From assembly GCA_043754515.1 (NCBI GenBank), contig JAYUUO010000136.1, forward strand, positions 1 to 38,616: 38,616 nt of DNA. The letters are read 5' to 3'. This stretch comes from Armatimonadota bacterium (lineage in GTDB: Bacteria > Armatimonadota > Armatimonadia > Armatimonadales > Armatimonadaceae). This document shows positions 34,634 to 38,616 of this stretch, in pieces (position 1 is the stretch's first letter; each line of letters opens with the position of its first letter). Both the position numbers and the translations under genes were made by a program. Under the pieces are notes generated by a model. That model did no database searches and was not told the DNA's origin. It worked only from the letters and a program-made list of their open reading frames with translations.

Positions 34634-36514
34634 TCAAACCGCCGTCAGCGAAACGAACCGCTCGATGTCGCGCCCGATCAGTTCCAGGCTACTCGCCCAG
34701 AACCCCTCGTCGCGGATGTTGATGCCGAAGCCGTCCGCGAGCGTCGCCGCGTCGCTCATCCCCGTGCGCGAGAGCAGTTCGTCGTAGCGCGGGCGGAATG
34801 ACTCCCCCTCGCGCTCATATTGCGCGTACAGGCCGAGGCCGAACAGCAACCCGAACATGTACGGGAAGTTGTAGAACGTCGAGCCGTAGTAGTGACCTTT
34901 GACCGCCCACATGAATGGGTGCCGTTTAGTTTCGTCCAAGCCGTCGCCGTATGTATCGCTTTGCGCCCCGGTCATCAGCGCGCATAACTCCTCGACCGAT
35001 AGCTCGCGCTCGCGCCGCCGCTCGAACACGCCGCGCTCGAACTGGAACCGCGACGTGATGTCCACCACCACCTGGCACTGCCCCTGTAGCGACGCTTCCA
35101 GGATTACCAGTTGCTCGGCGGGCGTCGCGCGGCGCATGACGCCTTCCTTCACGATGGTCTCACAGAAAATACTCGCCGTTTCCGCGAGCGTCATCGGCGT
35201 CCCGTGTTGCAACGCCGTCCGCTCCGCGAGGCAAAGGTTATGGTAACCGTGCCCCAGTTCGTGCGCGAGCGTGGACACGCCGTCGTAGGATGGGCGGTAG
35301 TTATGCAGGATGCGCGACTCGCTTCCGCGTACGCTCATGCAAAACGCCCCGTCGCGCTTGCCCGGACGCGGCCCGGCATCCACCCACTTCTCGCGGAAGG
35401 CGCGCTCCGCGAACCCCTGCAGTTTCGGGCTATACGTGCCGAACTGTTCGGCGACGAAGGATTCCGCCTCTTCCCAGGGGTACGCGGCCCGCGCGTCCGG
35501 GTCGCCAACCGGGGCGAACAGATCATACCAGGCGAGCGAGGAACCGGGCGCGATGACACCGGCTTTCGCCTTGAGGTACTGGCGGAACTTCGGGAACGAC
35601 GCGCGGGCGGCGGACAGCATCGCGTCCAGCGTCTGGCGGTCAATGTGGTTGCCGAACGCCGCGACGTCGAGCGGCGAGTCCCAGCCGCGCCGCTTTGCCA
35701 CCGTGTCCGTTTCGTACTTCAGACTATTTAGCGCGGCGGCGAGCGGCATGGCGGCGGTCTCCCACGCGGCGAGTTCGGCCTCGTAAGCCGTGCGCCGCGT
35801 CTCGCGGTCCGGGTCCGTCGCCATCGCGCGGATCATGCTCATCGGAAGCGGATTCGCTTCCCCGGCCACGTTCGTGTACGGAACCTGCATCTGCGACGTA
35901 ATGTCCGCGTGCAATTTCGCCCACGCCGACCCCGAGACCGGATACAGAAGTGTGGCCAACTCCTCCTCGGCGGGCGACATCTGGTGCCGCGCCGCGACGA
36001 GTGCCTCCCGCAGATAGAACTCGTGCGCCCGCGCCGTTTCCGACGCGGCGAGGAGCGATTCGGTGTCAATCGAGCCGAGGAACGCCGTGTAGCGCGTGCC
36101 GCAAATGCCGAGGGTGACGTAATGCTTTTGCAGTTCGCTCCGCTTCGCCTGCGCGGTCGCATCGCGCGAATCGGTGGTCACGAACAGGCTGATGTAGCCA
36201 CTCACCAGGCGCGAGTTTTGTAGGAGCGTGTTGTAGGCGTCGGTCACCGCCTCGTAGGTAGCGACGATCTCCGGGGTGGCGTGCTGGCCTTTCGGCTCCC
36301 GCGCGGCGATATGGTTCTCGTCCCATAATGTTTTGAGCGCGGCGATTTCGGCGATCAGAGCGTCGAACGCCCGCTCGAACTCCGCCGAATCGAGCGCGGG
36401 GTAGAACACGTCCGTGCTCCAGCGCGGGAGCAGATCGTGCGTGGCGGGGGCGGGAGCGGCGAGCGCGTCATCCGCGCGGGGGGCGGTGGGGTCGAAAATC
36501 CAAACAGTTTGCAT
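34634..36514 (-). CDS. M3B oligoendopeptidase F family
   Basis: 'TLAHELGHGYH' zinc motif, 'LAETASIFCE', 'GKRDGAFC', 'FYNFPYMFG'. Confidence 0.93.
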   Translation of the reverse strand: MQTVWIFDPTAPRADDALAAPAPATHDLLPRWSTDVFYPALDSAEFERAFDALIAEIAALKTLWDENHIAAREPKGQHATPEIVATYEAVTDAYNTLLQNSRLVSGYISLFVTTDSRDATAQAKRSELQKHYVTLGICGTRYTAFLGSIDTESLLAASETARAHEFYLREALVAARHQMSPAEEELATLLYPVSGSAWAKLHADITSQMQVPYTNVAGEANPLPMSMIRAMATDPDRETRRTAYEAELAAWETAAMPLAAALNSLKYETDTVAKRRGWDSPLDVAAFGNHIDRQTLDAMLSAARASFPKFRQYLKAKAGVIAPGSSLAWYDLFAPVGDPDARAAYPWEEAESFVAEQFGTYSPKLQGFAERAFREKWVDAGPRPGKRDGAFCMSVRGSESRILHNYRPSYDGVSTLAHELGHGYHNLCLAERTALQHGTPMTLAETASIFCETIVKEGVMRRATPAEQLVILEASLQGQCQVVVDITSRFQFERGVFERRRERELSVEELCALMTGAQSDTYGDGLDETKRHPFMWAVKGHYYGSTFYNFPYMFGLLFGLGLYAQYEREGESFRPRYDELLSRTGMSDAATLADGFGINIRDEGFWASSLELIGRDIERFVSLTAV

Positions 36515-36521
36515 GGCTAGG

Positions 36522-36530
36522 ATTGTAGCA
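36522..36530 (-). promoter_or_regulatory. extended -10 promoter 7 nt upstream of the peptidase ATG (leaderless)
   Basis: TGcTACAAT, then CCTAGCC, then ATG 36514; no SD. Confidence 0.7.
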
Positions 36531-36851
36531 CATCGCGCCGGATGGATGGTGTTCGGTGCGAGCTAGGGTAGGACTGCTACATCCTACACAGGTTGCTAAC
36601 CCGATATATGCTCGCCGTCCGTGCCGCCCCGGCACGCCCGCGCGACGTAAGATTTGGACATCGGCGCGGGTACGGCTCCCGATAGGCGGGCGCGCGGGGA
36701 CGCGCCAATGGCCGTTGCGGAGATGGATGCGCGCCCTGCCTACGTGGAGCGATGTTGCCCACGGATTCACCGGTCACGATAGAGGTGGACGCGAGCCGCT
36801 ACGTCATCTGGCATCAGTCTGGTCATTATCATCTTGTAATCCCAATCGCCA

Positions 36852-37136
36852 TCAGCACCGATCTGGGTCCGGCGTGAAAGTTACGTGTGTGGGTACCGAG
36901 AATATATTCCACCGGGCAAGATAGCAATCTATGTCGCCATCGTTCGTCCGAAGGCTATACAACACGGAGAAGTCGTCGAATTCAACCCGCTCGACTTTTA
37001 CATTTGTGATGTGCCAGCCGAACTCTTTCAGAGCACACCGTTTTATACACCAATCCACGCCCACGGTCGAATAAATTAGTGATACGAAGACGAACGAGAG
37101 TAACAAGCGGGAAAACAGTTTGCGATAATTACTCAC
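36852..37136 (-). CDS. small low-GC hypothetical with N-terminal signal/TM segment
   Basis: 94-aa ORF, hydrophobic 'LLLSFVFVSLIYSTVGV', AT-richer than the flanks. Confidence 0.55.
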   Translation of the reverse strand: MSNYRKLFSRLLLSFVFVSLIYSTVGVDWCIKRCALKEFGWHITNVKVERVEFDDFSVLYSLRTNDGDIDCYLARWNIFSVPTHVTFTPDPDRC

Positions 37137-37439
37137 CGAATATCAACCTTTCCAGCCTGAAGGCGAATTAACCACAGTGACATATCTTACCAGACTGGCG
37201 CACGATAGGCCCACCGTCTCGGATAGGGCGATTGCATCATCGTCCTGCTGTCTCGGATTGAACTTCATGAAGGGTGCGACGCAAACGAGGACGGGGATGC
37301 GCGTCCCGCCCGGTTGCCGTCTCACGCGCGGGACGATCAATTTATGTAAGTAGTAGCGGCGACGTCGGTTCCGCACCCGTGCAGGAAAACGCGGCGGGCG
37401 CGGTGTATCCAACCTGCGCGAAGGAGTTTATCTCGATCT

Positions 37440-38300
37440 ATGAAACTTTCCCTGAACCCCGCCCGACTCAGCGCGGGCAACCTGAACCTGGTCCAGTTCG
37501 TTGACCTCGCGGCGCGACACGGATTCAGCGGCGTTGATACCGGCGTCGGCGCGGCGAAGCAGATGGTCACCGCGCTCGGCGACGTGTCGGCGGCGAACGA
37601 CTACCTGCTGGAGAAGAGCGTCGCGTTGGCGACGTTCGGCTTCGACCCCGAATGGCGGTACGCGGACGAGACGAAGTTTCGGGAGGGGCTGGCCGCGCTA
37701 CCGGAACAGGCGGGGCTGATGGCGGAACTCGGCTGTACGCGGTGCCTGACCTGGATGCCGCCGGCCGGCGACGCGCCCCAAGACGAGTGGCTGAAACGCA
37801 CGGCGAAGCGATTCACCGAGGCGGGCCGAATTTTAGGCGATCACGGCATCCGGTTCGGGCTGGAGTGGGTCGGGCCGCATCACCTGCGCGTGGACGGCGC
37901 GAACCCGATGGGCGAGTTCGACACGGTGCATGACATCCCCGGCACGCTCGACCTGATCGCCCGCGCGGGTTTGAACAACCTCGGACTGCTGGTGGACTCG
38001 TACCACTGCTACACGACCGGCGCGGGCGAAGCGGAAGTCGCCGCGCTGACCGACGCGCAAATCGTCCACGTCCATATCAACGATGCGCCGAAAGGGGTGA
38101 GACCCAGCGGCGCGAAGGACGGCGAGCGGCTACTGCCGGGCGAGGGCGAGATTGATCTCGCGGGGTTCCTACGCGGCCTGACGAAGGCGGGGTATGCGGG
38201 CTACATCGCCGCCGAAATCCTCGCGCCGCAAGACATCGCCGCGAACGCTGAGGAGGCGACCGATAAAGTACGTTCCTCGCTCCGAAACCTCGGGCTTTAA
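37440..38300 (+). CDS. sugar phosphate isomerase/epimerase (AP-endonuclease-2 TIM barrel)
   Basis: 'GIRFGLEWVG', 'GLLVDSYH', 'HVHINDA', 'RLLPGEG.IDL', 'GYAGYIAAE'; SD AAGGAG. Confidence 0.9.
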   Translation: MKLSLNPARLSAGNLNLVQFVDLAARHGFSGVDTGVGAAKQMVTALGDVSAANDYLLEKSVALATFGFDPEWRYADETKFREGLAALPEQAGLMAELGCTRCLTWMPPAGDAPQDEWLKRTAKRFTEAGRILGDHGIRFGLEWVGPHHLRVDGANPMGEFDTVHDIPGTLDLIARAGLNNLGLLVDSYHCYTTGAGEAEVAALTDAQIVHVHINDAPKGVRPSGAKDGERLLPGEGEIDLAGFLRGLTKAGYAGYIAAEILAPQDIAANAEEATDKVRSSLRNLGL

Positions 38301-38320
38301 TCCGCCGTATAACAATTAGT

Positions 38321-38596
38321 ATGATTCCCGCGCAAACCGACTTCGAGGAGCGACCGCATCCGGGCGATCCGTCCGCCGCCGAGACACAGACCCACCGGCG
38401 GCGGTTCGCGCTTGGCCTGCTGATAGCGGTGTCGCTCAACATCGCGTTCCTTTCCGGGGGCGCGGCAATCGCCGACTATGTCACGAAACTGTTCCACCCA
38501 TTCTTCTTCAAGAAAGATAAGGTCGTGTTCGTGACGCTGGATGTTTCGCCGTCCCCGTCGCCGTCCCCGAGCGCGGCGGTGCCTTCCCCCCGCTAG
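38321..38596 (+). CDS. small single-pass membrane protein with Ser-Pro tail
   Basis: 'RRRFALGLLIAVSLNIAFL' TM, '(SP)4' tail, stop at 38594-38596. Confidence 0.55.
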   Translation: MIPAQTDFEERPHPGDPSAAETQTHRRRFALGLLIAVSLNIAFLSGGAAIADYVTKLFHPFFFKKDKVVFVTLDVSPSPSPSPSAAVPSPR

Positions 38597-38616
38597 TTTT
38601 GGCACCGACCCCCGTT

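Noticed and set aside
36558..36615. Purine riboswitch or tRNA
   Set aside because: Lacks the purine aptamer core (UAUGG loop, GUUUCUAC, CCGUAAA); too short for a tRNA and has no T-loop
37272..37378. Long-range pairing GGGTGCG/CGCACCC with an internal CGTCCCGC stem
   Set aside because: Short GC-only stems are expected by chance at this GC content; no independent support

Overview
GC-rich bacterial chromosomal window, mostly core genes. The gene style (BTAD-STAND-TPR regulator, 4-domain S1 protein, many near-leaderless genes) suggests Armatimonadota or a related Terrabacteria lineage; this is inference only. Order: AfsR/SARP-like STAND regulator (+); mutM-rpsA-coaE-rodA (-); CBS-type Mn pyrophosphatase and acyl-CoA dehydrogenase (+); a lower-GC hypothetical plus VOC gene (-); a partial complex I operon nuoF-[three small coiled-coil ORFs, two disrupted]-nuoGHIJKLMN (-); greA, a coiled-coil repeat protein, a 2Fe-2S ferredoxin and an MFS-HEAT fusion (+); tatC-nagA (-); an FmdB-like zinc ribbon, two hypotheticals, an M3 oligoendopeptidase, a small low-GC islet, a TIM-barrel isomerase and a small membrane ORF. 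The nuo block starts at nuoF with its own sigma70-type promoter and a Rex-like operator, and has an internal promoter before nuoJ. No rRNA, tRNA, CRISPR array or transposase was recognised. Best leads: the A-B-A' coiled-coil cassette inside the nuo operon, low-complexity extensions on most complex I subunits, the split Rex-controlled nuo architecture, the repeat-protein/ferredoxin/MFS-HEAT cluster, an extended TatC, and several candidate cis-regulatory RNAs. All family calls are by motif recognition; no searches were run.
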